DNA from: Tubulanus polymorphus
Lineage: Eukaryota > Animalia > Nemertea
DNA length: 64,000 nt
Assembly: GCF_964204645.1 (NCBI RefSeq)
Contig: NC_134033.1
Location: 8,564,655-8,628,654, forward strand
Direction: 5' to 3'
The notes under the pieces were generated by a model. The model saw nothing but the letters and a program-made list of their open reading frames with translations, searched no databases and was not told the origin of the DNA. The number at the start of each line of letters is the position of its first letter. The first letter of the stretch is position 1. Shown piece by piece: positions 11,301 to 23,300 of this stretch. The position numbers and the translations under genes are program-made.

Positions 11301-14300
11301 TGTGGTAGTTGGGTGTTGAATGGGTAATGTAGTGTGATCTGTGTGCATTTGTGGTCAGCACACGGATCACAACGATCATAGTTAGTGTAGTTAATACGTC
11401 CAGGGAGACGCGACATGTGAAATGAGGGAATAAAAAAATTTATTTAACAGTTTATTTCCAATGCACATTTTGCAATACATTTCTTTGAAAGAATCGAATG
11501 ATTTAGATTTCATCTTTTATTATGCCCCCGGCTGAACTTTAGTTGAGAAGGGGCATATAGATTTACCCCTGTTGAATACGCGCCGCCGCAACCGACGTTA
11601 ACAGCCTAGAGGCCGCAATTGTTGACCGATTGTTTTCAAACATGGTTCACAAGTGGGATATCAACCAGCAGGCCGACATGAAAAACGTTAACAGCCTAAA
11701 GGCCGCCATTGTTGACCGAATCATTTCAAACTTAGTACACAAGTAGGATATCACTTGGGCCAGAAGCCTATTTGAAATGGGGATGATTCGATTCAAATCA
11801 TGCCACCAGGGGGCCACATTAAAAATGTTAACAGCCTAAAGGCCGCAATTGTTGACCGAATCATTTCAAAATCGGTACACATGTAGGGTATCACTTAAGA
11901 AAGAAGCCTATTTAAAATTGGGTTGATTCAATTCAAATTATGGCTACCAAGGGGCCAACCTGAAAAACAATGTGAACAGCCTAGAGGCCGCAATTGTTGA
12001 CTGATTCAAATTATGGCCATCAGCGGAAAACAGCCTATAGGCTGCAACTGTTGATCAATTTTTAGCCCACTTGGGACTTTAGTCCCAGCGGGCTATTGTG
12101 TTCACTTTTCATCCGTCGTCCGTCCGTCGTATTATATTTGTACCTACGCATATTTTGTTACCACAATCAATTGCAAAGTTGTAGCTCATGACATCGTCTA
12201 TGATTGTGGTAAGTTTTAAGGACATTAGTTATTCTATATGGTCACCAGGGGGCGTTGAATAGTAGAATAACTTAGTATTTCCTTATTAGATTGGTACCTA
12301 GGCATATTTTGTTACCATGATCAATTGCAAAGTTGTAGTTCATGACATCCTCTATGATTGTGGTGAGTTTTTAAGGACATTAGTTATTCCATATAGTCGC
12401 AAGGGGGCGTTGAATAGTAGAATAAATTAGTATTTCCTTATTAGATTGGTACATAGGCATATTTTGTAACCATGATCAATTGCAAAGTTGTATTTCATGA
12501 CATGTACTACGATTATGGTGAGTTTTAAGGTCATTGGGTTTTGCATATGGTCACCAGGGGGCGTTGAATACTAGAATAACTTAGTATTTCCATATTAAAT
12601 TGGTAATGAGGCAAATTTTGTTATCACAATCAATTACAAAATCATAGCTGCTGACATGTTCTATGATTGTGGTGGGTTTCAAGGTGATTGGTTTTTGTAT
12701 ATGGTCACTAGGGGGCGTTATGTATTGAAATTGTTAGATTGTTGAGCATTTGAAACCACTTCTCAAGTGGGCATGGTGTCCCTGGACCCCTAGTTGTTTT
12801 TGCCACCAGGGGTAGTTGAATATTGAATTATATGCAATTTATCTATTTACACATATGGTACCTATGCATAATTTGTTACCGCATCGCTAATTTATAGTTT
12901 ATGACATGTTCTATGATTTTGACAAGTTTCAAGATCATTTGTTTCTCGATATGCTCACCAGGGGCATTGAATAATGATAGGATCGGTTACGGCAGATGGT
13001 TTAATTGTTTGCCATTTGAGAGTTGTGTTATTAAGTTTTAACCCATTAGCAAGCACTCAGGAATTGCACTATGTAGTGTCAATTACTCCTCGGAAAATAA
13101 AAGTTAAAATCTAAGTTCATCACGATACCAAAAAGCTTGAGTGCTAATGGGTTAACTTACCAGAGGACTGACATGGCATTCTGTTATTAAGATCGCTTCT
13201 ACACATCTTCTGAGAGACAAATCTGCTGTTAACCCTTTCCAGACGTATACCTTATAAAACACATGGCACAAGAAATAATGGATATTCTGAGTTAGGTGAC
13301 GAACATCTAGAATATTTGCTGAGTATACCGTATTCTCCCAGGCAAGCGCCCCCTTTATAATTCAGGGATGAGAATTTCCCTCTTTTTGGCGTCATCCGTT
13401 GAAAAATTGATGGGGTGAGGGGAGGAAGGTTTGCTGTGTCTGACATTACGTTTCAACTCACAAAACTGAGTATTTTTAGCATGCTCGACGTAACTCAGCC
13501 CAAAGGATTTAGGATTTTAGGATTTTATTTATTTACACTCCAACCATTTCTTAGGTACATGGAGGTAAACTTATACAAAGTATACAATATTTACAATTAA
13601 CAGAAAGTATAAGCTTGTTTTGATAAAATGTAACAAAGTTGTTCACAATATATACATACACTATTTACAACATACTAATTATTGGTGGGATCTATGTACA
13701 TCTAAGCCTTTTTTAATGAATTTTGCAAGGTGGATTGTTGGATTTTTAGAATATCAAGATTGCCAAAAGAGTTCAGATTCAAAATATTATCACGGATTTC
13801 ATTCGGTAGGTTGTGGTTAAAAATAAAATGCAATTCATCACCTAAAACACTACACGCCGAACATAATCTATCATTTGTATCTAACGGAAGATTTGATAAA
13901 AGATTTTCGCTATGTGCTGCCACCTGGTATTGCCAATATAAAGTACTGTGAAAAAATAACCAGTTCGTGCTGCCATCTGGAATTCAAACAAGACTGTTTT
14001 AGAAATCATGCTGGGGAACCCCCATTCGTGCCTATGTTGCAGTTAAGCTGCAATTTCAGTAATTGAGCAATTTTCATCATAAGTCCAGCTTTTTTCATAA
14101 TCCCTGGTTCTCATCCCTGATAATTTCTAATTTTTGGAAAGAGACCCAGGGGTGTTTTCCATGGGGAATCCTTTGTAAGTGACACCCCGCCCCCCATAAA
14201 TGACACATAATGCCACAAACAGATTGTAGATGAGAAAAATCGATGAAAAGACATGAAAAATCAAATAATTCTGAAGAACATTCATAGACAAACAAAATTG

Positions 14301-17300
14301 TTCTATTGTAGCTATGATAATTATCATAGACTGGTTCCCATCCGAAAACGGACGCAAGGGAGTGGTGAACAAAGACTATTTTCCTACAGACCGGAATGGT
14401 TTATGCAAAACCGATTTCAAACAAATGCGCCTCTGGCTGGCAAGGATGGGTCTTTTCAACATGTTTATTTTAATTGAATAAAAGCATGATATTGATCAAT
14501 AATCGTGTCCACTTGAGTCCAATGAGTTTCTAGACAAAATTATTCATCATCATCGTCATCATTATCACCACTTTCCATTTCATTGTCACCAAATCCCATA
14601 AACTCGATGTCCGAGTCGTTACCGACAACCATCTTATACCCTCTATGGAGTTAAAACAAAAGATCACCGACAATCAATAATAATGACAGTCTAGACATCA
14701 TCACCACTCCTCTACACAAAACACATGGAGAATATTCCGCTATGTAAGCCTTTATTTATAAGTTAAAATGTCGTTTTATACACGCGCGGTTTGGTTGGGG
14801 CGTTTACCATGGATTTTCCATCTGCTCCAAAAAACAGGTGGGGGCGTTTACAGTACAGGGAGCACTTGCCTGGGAGAATACGGTACTTAAGCTAAGATAT
14901 TGTATAATGTCAAAAAAATAGAAATGGTGTAGTTCAGTTGACAATGTATTGAGTTAGAGCTTATTTATTTTGAAAATGTAGTTAAAAACAATGCTTGCCT
15001 TGAGGTCAAAGGTCTAATTCTGATGGTCAAGCATCATTCGTATATAATGCCCAAAATTTCATTGGCTTGAAAGTTTTTCTTGTTCTTTATCCATTTGCTT
15101 TTGGTTTGACAGCTCATTGAATGATACGCCCTGTAATTAGTGAAATTAGCTTCAGCCCCACAGTAGCATGTGTAGCCTCGGACTGGAAAGGGTTATTCAT
15201 TGATTTTGTCGATTTGGTTTCATATATCCTTTAATTTTTATGTAATGAAATGAATTGACATCCCAGAAACTTTCCTGACTAATTTTTCCCAATTCGGTAA
15301 TGTTACGGTATGAATTTTTTATTGCAGATACAAAATATTACTTGTCGAATCAGGTGCATCCAGTTGTTTCAAGACTTTGCGATCCAATTGATGGGACAGA
15401 TGCTGCTCATATAGCTGAATGTTTAGGTAACTACTTATGCTTCCTTGTCTACAATTACAGCTGTGAATGAGGGTTGTTCTACCATTTTGTGTAATACTGG
15501 CACCTAAGATCATACTAGTGAATGTATTGTGCTAATTTTTAATGGACATTCACGACAGAGTTGCCACTTCTGGTTTATGATCCTACCGACTGTAGACTAG
15601 TACATATATATACTTAATTGATCTCATATGTTGACAGTTTCATTGTGAAATTTGAGGGTCAGCTGTAAAAACATCATTGACTTTCCAGGAGTCGTTGTGA
15701 TTATCTGTAATAATAATCTAATGCCGAAGATGCTCTGGGGGTTTTAAATTAAGATATTTTCTTGGGTGAGTGCCTCTTGTGGCATTCAACCATCACTGCT
15801 TGTTTCTTCATACAACGTCGTCCGTTCGTCCGTCTGTAGACAGAATCCAGTTATTTTCGGTTTATTCATGTATATACCCTAGACACATCTTCAGCCCATA
15901 AACTGGCCCTGTCAGAATCAAGATGGCCGACTGGCAGCCATTGTTGTTCGTCAAAATCAGACGCTTCAATCAATTAACATGATCTTTCGTATATATTTGA
16001 ATCCCCCAAGGGCCCATCACCATAAGAAAAATTGGGTCGATCGGACTCAAGATGGCCGTCCTATGACCTTTTTAGTGCCCAAAAATGTCTATTTTGGCCC
16101 AAATTCTGAGTCCTGTAGCTTCCTACTGGTTTGCCATTTCTCTTTGCAATTTGTGAAGGGTATCTTTTGAAAGGGATGTTTTATATCTGAGCCAGGTATT
16201 TTTGATCGACCAATTATGATGCAATTGGCGGCCATCTTGGTATCATCAGTACTCATTCGTAGGTGGGAAAAAGTTTTTCCACACTATATTGATACCTAAG
16301 CATATTTTGTTACCACAATCAATTGCAAAGTTGTAGCTCATGACATTCTCTATGATTGTGGTGAGTTTTAAGGACATTAGTTATTCTAGGCCTATATGGT
16401 CACCAGGGGGCGTTGAATAGTAGAATAACTTAGTATTTCCTTATTAGATTGGTGCCTAGGCATATTTTGTTACCATGATTGCAAAATTGTAGTTTATGAC
16501 ATGTTCTATTATTGTGGTGAGTTTCAAGGTCATTGGGTTTTGCATATGGTCACCAGGGGGTTTTGCATATGGTCACCAGGGCGCATTGAATAGTAGAATT
16601 ACTTCGTATTTCCATATTAAATTGGTTACGAGGCATATTTTGTTATAACAATCAATTACCAAATCGTAGCTGCTGACATGTTCCATGATTGTAGTGAGTT
16701 TCAAGGTCATTGGTTTTTGTATATGGTCACCAGGGGGTGTTGAATATTGAAATTGTTAGATTGTTGAGACTCTCGATTAGACACTTCAATATTCAGATAA
16801 CAACTATCTACAAGCATGTACTAACTTGGTCCACGTCTACAATATAATCATTCTCATCCACAGTCCCCGGGTGTAACATTTCATGTAACGATGTAACACA
16901 ACACCGATCTCTTAGTTCTTTAAAAAGTAATCAGTTCAAAGTTCGATTAATTCTACTACAGAAATGCAAAACCACCAAGCAAGCTTTCAGTACAACCATC
17001 TCAGCAAGCCCATTTTAGAATTTCTTTCTTGTTCTTTTATGTAACGATCTTTTTTTGTACAACCGCTGCCTAGAAAATAAACTTTAATTTTTTTTCCAAT
17101 AGCAAGTTTGTTTTAATCGGGCGGGCGCAGAAACAAAAAAAAAATTTCCTGATCGGTTATTGGGCCAAAACCACAAAAAGAAGGCCTAATTATAAGAACA
17201 GACCTGCCAACATCTACGATATCAGCGTAGTTTTTACGAGAAAGTTGCTGTCACTACGATAGTACGCAGTTGACATGAAGTGATAAACGGTAAATGTACT

Positions 17301-20300
17301 TCACTGTACAAAATGATCCGGGTCGAGCCAGTTTAATTACGAGTGTGGAATCTAGAGTTGATCCTTATAGAATGGTCCTGAGAATAACTTTCTGTTAGAG
17401 TTCTTGGTGGCACAAATTGTAACCACTGAATATTAACAGCTGATAATTTGTCATTATAGGGATGAAAATCTTCCGACCATAGACGGATTTCCGACCTTTT
17501 CTAACATTTTCTTTATTCCTGAGAACAGTGTAAATCACCTCAATCGCTTTAATCACCTCAATCGCGGGCGTCACATCGGAGCGCTCCGTAGTTAGGAGTG
17601 CTCCTTAAAACGGTTTTTGGCAGTTGTTAGCAAAACTGTGGAGTCGGAGAAAACAATATGGCGTCTCATTCAAAAAGCGGCTCTAATTCAGGCCCAAACT
17701 ATTAACATTTGACCAAAAGGAAGTAAGTTTTTTGGCTAAAAGTTACTGATTTTTGTTCCCCAAAAAAATTCTTTTTTTTTGAAAATATTTTCCGACTTTT
17801 TCAATATGGGCCGTTTTCATCCCTGGTCATTAGGAGGTAGATAGGTGTTGGAATTAATATGGAGAGTTTCGTTCATCAGCTCTAAGCCATTTGGAAGTGC
17901 TGGGAGAAAATCTGCGAAATTTCAATGAACTTTTCTCCATTCTATTAATCGATGCTTGACCTTGTTTCGTGATGATGACATCACAGGGAAAGGCCTTCAG
18001 AAGGGCATTACTTTGAAAGCCCTAAATAGAAGGGCTTTCCCAGTGACATCCTTATCAAGAACATTGATTGTTCTGCCATGTGCTTGAAACCCATTACCAT
18101 GTACATCATCGAAGGTGAACAAGCTTACTGCACATTGCACCAGAGTTACATCTTTATCAGCTGTTCATACGTTAATGCAAATCCGAGAACAAATCATTTT
18201 TGTGCTACTTGAAAGTAAGATGTACTCAGTTGATCCTGCCGGACCCATGGTTCTTTAATATTGTTTATTTTTGGTGTCTACCCAAGAAAGTTACTTTCTG
18301 CTTGAAGAAATTGACAATTTATTTGGTTTTCCCCATGATGTTTTATAGGTTTGGATGCATCTGGTTATAAACATTCTCACAACGATCAAAACGAGGAAGA
18401 TGCCATGTTAGGCATCACTCATCTATCTGAGGATGAGAAATACAAAGATTGTGAACGCTACACATTTCATTGTCCAGATTGCTCTCGGCAAATTATCATC
18501 GACGGAGCATTTGTTGGCGCTGTAAGTTGAAAAGTGTGCCCTTTTCGCACCCATAATTAACATATTTTGAATTGTATCTAACCTACATTGGGCGTTGATG
18601 CATTATGGCGGTAGATCAAGTTTGCTGCCACCGTGATAATGAAGAGCCTCCCCCATTTGCAATCACGAGTAGGTTGGCAATGGAGCTACAGTCATCTTCT
18701 GCTTAAAATTAACCAATTGACATGGAGAATAAAGCACACTGCCAGCCAATCAGAAACTGTGCCATTCCTGTGCTAGAGTGTAAATATCATTGGTACCTAG
18801 TTAGCTCCGCTGTGACTGAAGGTCAGTGTAGCTGATCGGTTAGAGGGATAATCCGTTGTTGTCTGTCCGTCAAATTCTGCTTCAATTGGCCACTAGTCCT
18901 ACAGTTTTAATCAGTTTTAATCACCAATTCCAAATTTAGTATGAATGTTCTATGGACCTAGGCCTATAAAGTTACAGAGCCATTTTTAGCCCACTTGGGA
19001 CTTTAGTCCCAGCGGGCTATTGCGTTCACTTTTCGTCCGTCGTCCGTCCGTAGACGGAATCCAGTTATTTTGGGAAGTTTTGAAGACGCTTCAAGGTAAT
19101 GTCTTGATATTTGGTTTACACATGTATCTACCCTAGACACATCTTCAGCCCAAAAACTGGCCCTGTCAGAATCAAGATGGCCGACTAGCAGCCATTGATG
19201 TTCGCCAAAATCAGCACTTTTTACACATTTTTGAACTTTTTGAGGGAAATTTTGAAGACGCTTTGATCAATTACCTTGGTCTTTCGGATATATGTGAATC
19301 CCCCCAGGGCCCATCAACATAACAAAAATTGGGTCGGTCGGACTCAAGATGGCAGTCCTATGACCTTTTTAGTGCCCAAAAATGTTAATTTTGGCCCAAA
19401 TTCTGAGTCCTGTAGCTTCCTACTGGTTTATCATTTCTCATTGCAATTTGTGATGGGTATTCTTTGGAAAGGGATGTTTTATACCTGAGAGAGGTATTTT
19501 TCATCAGCCAATTATGACGCAATTGGCGGCCATCTTGGTGTCACCAGTACTCATTCGTAAGTGGGAAAAAGTTTTTCCACATTATATTGATACCTAAGCG
19601 TATTTTGCTACCACAATCAATTAGAAAGTTGTAGCTCATTGTATTGTATTGTTTTTCTTTTTCTCGTATTTTTGGTACCTAGGCATATTTTGTTACCATG
19701 ATCAATTGCAAAGTTGTAGTTCGTGACATGTTCTATGATTGTGGTAACGAGGCATATTTTGTTATCACAATCAATTACAAAATCGTAGCTGCTGACATGT
19801 TCTATGATTGTGGTGAGTTTCAAGGTCATTAGTTTTTGTAAATGGTCACCAGGGGGCGTTGAATATTGAAATAGATTGTTGAGCATTTGAAACCACTTCC
19901 CAAGTGGGCATGGTGTCCCTGGACCCCTAGTTTGGATTCGTCCCCCACGGGGCGCCCCTGGGGGTGGAATTTCTATTTCTTCAAATCGCTTCTGGTCCTG
20001 CAGTATTTTCCGTCTAGTACTGTACTTTTTCCTATGGTTTTTGCCAATGGTTTTTCTATACGACCCGGCCCTGCGGTATTGCATTTAGCCACCGGCGAAA
20101 TCCGCCATCTTTTTTCTTGGCGTTCTAGCATTCAGAACGCGTTGGATTTTTTTGCCATAAAAATCTAGTAATTAGGAATATAAGGGAGTTTTCACTCTCA
20201 TAACGGTGAGTCCGTTCGGTTTGGGGGTTATCCCTGGTTTCTATTTTTCCGTAATAATTTTATTTATAAATATAATTTAATTGAATTGAATTTATTATTG

Positions 20301-23300
20301 TGACAGAAATAATTATGCCGCCCCCTCGTGGCGGTGAGGGATGCGAGCATTTATTCGGCGCCTGGGACAATCACGATTTGTGTGCGTTGTGCAGACGCAA
20401 ATCTGGACAAATCTGTGCAAGGAGTAATCCTTGCAAGATTTGCGAGGTGTGGTCCGAGGACCTTTGGCTTCGGGCCGATAAGGCTCTGAAGCTAAGAGAT
20501 CGTCGTCGAGTTAATAGTAGGGATTCGTCGTGCCAACCGACGTCTCTAATTCTATTTCTAATTGTATAGCGGAGCGGTCGCCGATCGTTCTGGTACGATC
20601 GGCTTCCCAACTCTGTTCACCGGGAAGGAACGCCGGTTCACCGGCACCGGTCTACGGTCATTCACCGGTCGTTGGTCGTTCACCGATGCGGCCGGTTCAG
20701 ACTATATGTTCTGAACCGAGTGCGCGCCGCGGTAGTCGGGATCGGCCGGCACCGGTTCGGGCACCGGTCCGGTCCAGACGTCATCCGGTTCAAACTTCCG
20801 GTTCGTACATCGTCTGATTCTGATCGTCGCTCCGGGGATAGAGCTGGCTCTCCCACTAGATCCAGACGCTGTGAGCGTAATAAACGCGCAAGGTCTCCTC
20901 GCAGATCAAGGTTTGATCGCGAGAGGGAATACGATCGTTATTGCAGGAAGTTTTGCCGTCAGTCTTCTCATCGTTCGTCGACATCGGTTAGCGATGAAGG
21001 CGATTCTTGTAGTAGGTCTCGATCCCGTTTGAGGGACCGTCACCAAAGTCGGCAGAAGGATTTCCATGTATTTGAAGAGAAAATTTTAAACTTGTTATCA
21101 TCGTCGCAACAAGTCGCTGCAACCTCTACAACAGGTAAGCATATTCCTGATTGGACTGGTTAGAAGTTCGCCAGCACACTCAGTTGTTCAGAATTCTGAC
21201 ACTGAATTTCTGGATGCTGGGGTAGGGTCTGATTTCAATGAGGATCTGATCCCAGAAGCGGCAATTCCTTTTTGGGTGTCCTGTCGCAAGCAATTTTTGG
21301 TTGCCCCATACGATGGGGACACCCCTGGCTCGCAATGTATCTCCGTCCCGTTCAGTTTTATCCGAACCAGCGGGGGACATGCCATTTAGAGCGATGATTA
21401 GTGAGTTTTTTGTCAAACACGGGGCAACTCACGCTATGCCCACAGCAGCTCCTCTGGTCGGTGAGTCAATGGAAGCTTATCGCCCTCCGGATTCCGATCT
21501 TAACGTTTTACCGGAATCGTCAGCGGTTTCAAGAGAATGTGCTCGATTGGATACGCAATTATGGGGTGAATGTCGCCCTGGAACGTTTTCGTTTCCCCCT
21601 CCAGAATGGGGTATGAAATCTGGGAAATATTTTAGTTCAACCAATCCACCTATAGGCGCATTTCGCTCGGCGTATTACGCAACTCCAGGTGCTGTGGATC
21701 ACAGTCATAGCTGCCTGGATGCTGATTATTCTCTGATCAGCCCGGATACTGTTTCAGCACAGTCGGGAATTCGTTTGCATAAGTCCGGTTTGGTGGCCAT
21801 GACGTCAATCCTGGACAATCTTACCAGGGTTGGTTCGTTTCAGGATATGGCACTTTAGGTGTTGACGGGTGAGCTTCGTGAGACTCACGCCGCTGTTCAT
21901 GCGGGCTCCAACCCAGAATCAGTTGCCATAAAACTGGAGGGAATGGACCGGATTATCATATCTTTGGCTCGGTCTGATTCACATGTAATTACGTTGTCGG
22001 TTCGGGGTCAGGCTAATCTTGTGTTAGCCTCCCGTCTGTCAGTTATGGACTCCAGTTCCAAAGCTCGTCTACCAGATATGGTGTCCAATGCTTTGCTGAG
22101 AGCTCCATTGGGGACATCTTCACGTCTCATCTCCGGTTAGTGCGCTCCTGTTTCCACCGAGCTGAGGAAGATTCGGGAGGTCCAGACCAAGTCCACCGTC
22201 CGAACTCCGTGGAAAAAGCGTTCTGGTCCGACGCCGGCGGCGCAAGGTTCGGCAAGGACGCAAACAAGACCAACTCAAACTTCAGCGCTTTCTCAGGCGG
22301 CAACGGATGCCGGTTGGAGAACTAGCGCGCAACTTCAATCGTGTCAAGCCTCGTCCAGTCGGAACCGGTTCGTATCGAGGCAAGGGGAAGGCTCCAGAAA
22401 GGGGCTCTTCCATTCGGAAAAACTCGAAATGAATTCTCGGGACCAGTGGGAGGTTGTCTGCAGCAGGCAGCAACCCACTGGTCCGACCTTTTCGGAGGCG
22501 GTTGGCCCTCTCGGGTCGTCTCTCGTGGCTACCGTCTCCGTTTCCTAAGGCGACCGCGCCTGATGAGGTCACCTCCTGACATGTGGCCAAAACCAGGTCA
22601 GGAGGCCTTAATATCTCCGGCTCTCAAGGAATTGGCCGAGAAGGGAGCGATAGAACCAGTTTGCAATGAAACTTCTCTCGGCTGGTTTTTTCGAATATTC
22701 ATGGTACCAAAGGCCACAGGGGGTCAACGCATGGTAATAGATCTGTCATCCCTCAATCGGCACCTAGACATTCCAAGGTTCCGGATGACCAAACCCAAGG
22801 ACGTGATTCAAGGGCTCCGTCCGGGTCAATGGGCGGCTTCGTTGGACCTGAAAGTACTTTCAGGTTCCAATTCACCCAAAATCTCGGCGATTTCTCAGGA
22901 TAAAGTGGAAAGGCCGCCAGTTCCAATTCAGGTCTCTTCCATTTGGCCTCAGTACGGCCCCGTGGGTTTTCACCAAGTTGGTCAAGTCAGTTCAGAAGGT
23001 ACTTCAGTCAAGGGGTGTTCGACTGTTCATTTACCTCGACGACTGGTTAATAGTCGCGAACTCGGCTCAAGAATGTCGGAGGCAATGACCTCAGTCTTGG
23101 ACTTAGTCCATCGGCTAGGGTTCCGCGTAAACAGGGAACAATCTCAGTTGATGCCGGCCCAACAGTTCACTTATCTCGGCATGGACTTCGATCTCCGAAT
23201 CGGCAAAGTCTTTCTGTCTATGGCTCAAGGAGCCAAACTTCAAGAAGCTGTAGCGGGAGTGTCCACAACCCGAGAACAGCTCATTACTGGTCACGGTTCC

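Larger units (their letters stand above)
13328..14883. mobile_element. Tc1/mariner/pogo-type MITE carrying nested insertions
   Basis: TIR CCGTATTCTCCCAGGCAAG / CTTGCCTGGGAGAATACGG; TA flanks. Confidence 0.85.

Noticed and set aside
15979-16170. Recurring [16 protein letters not shown]... (also 19276, 39197, 61682) as a gene family
   Set aside because: It lies inside the HINE B repeat, uses non-ATG starts in most copies and has variable stops.
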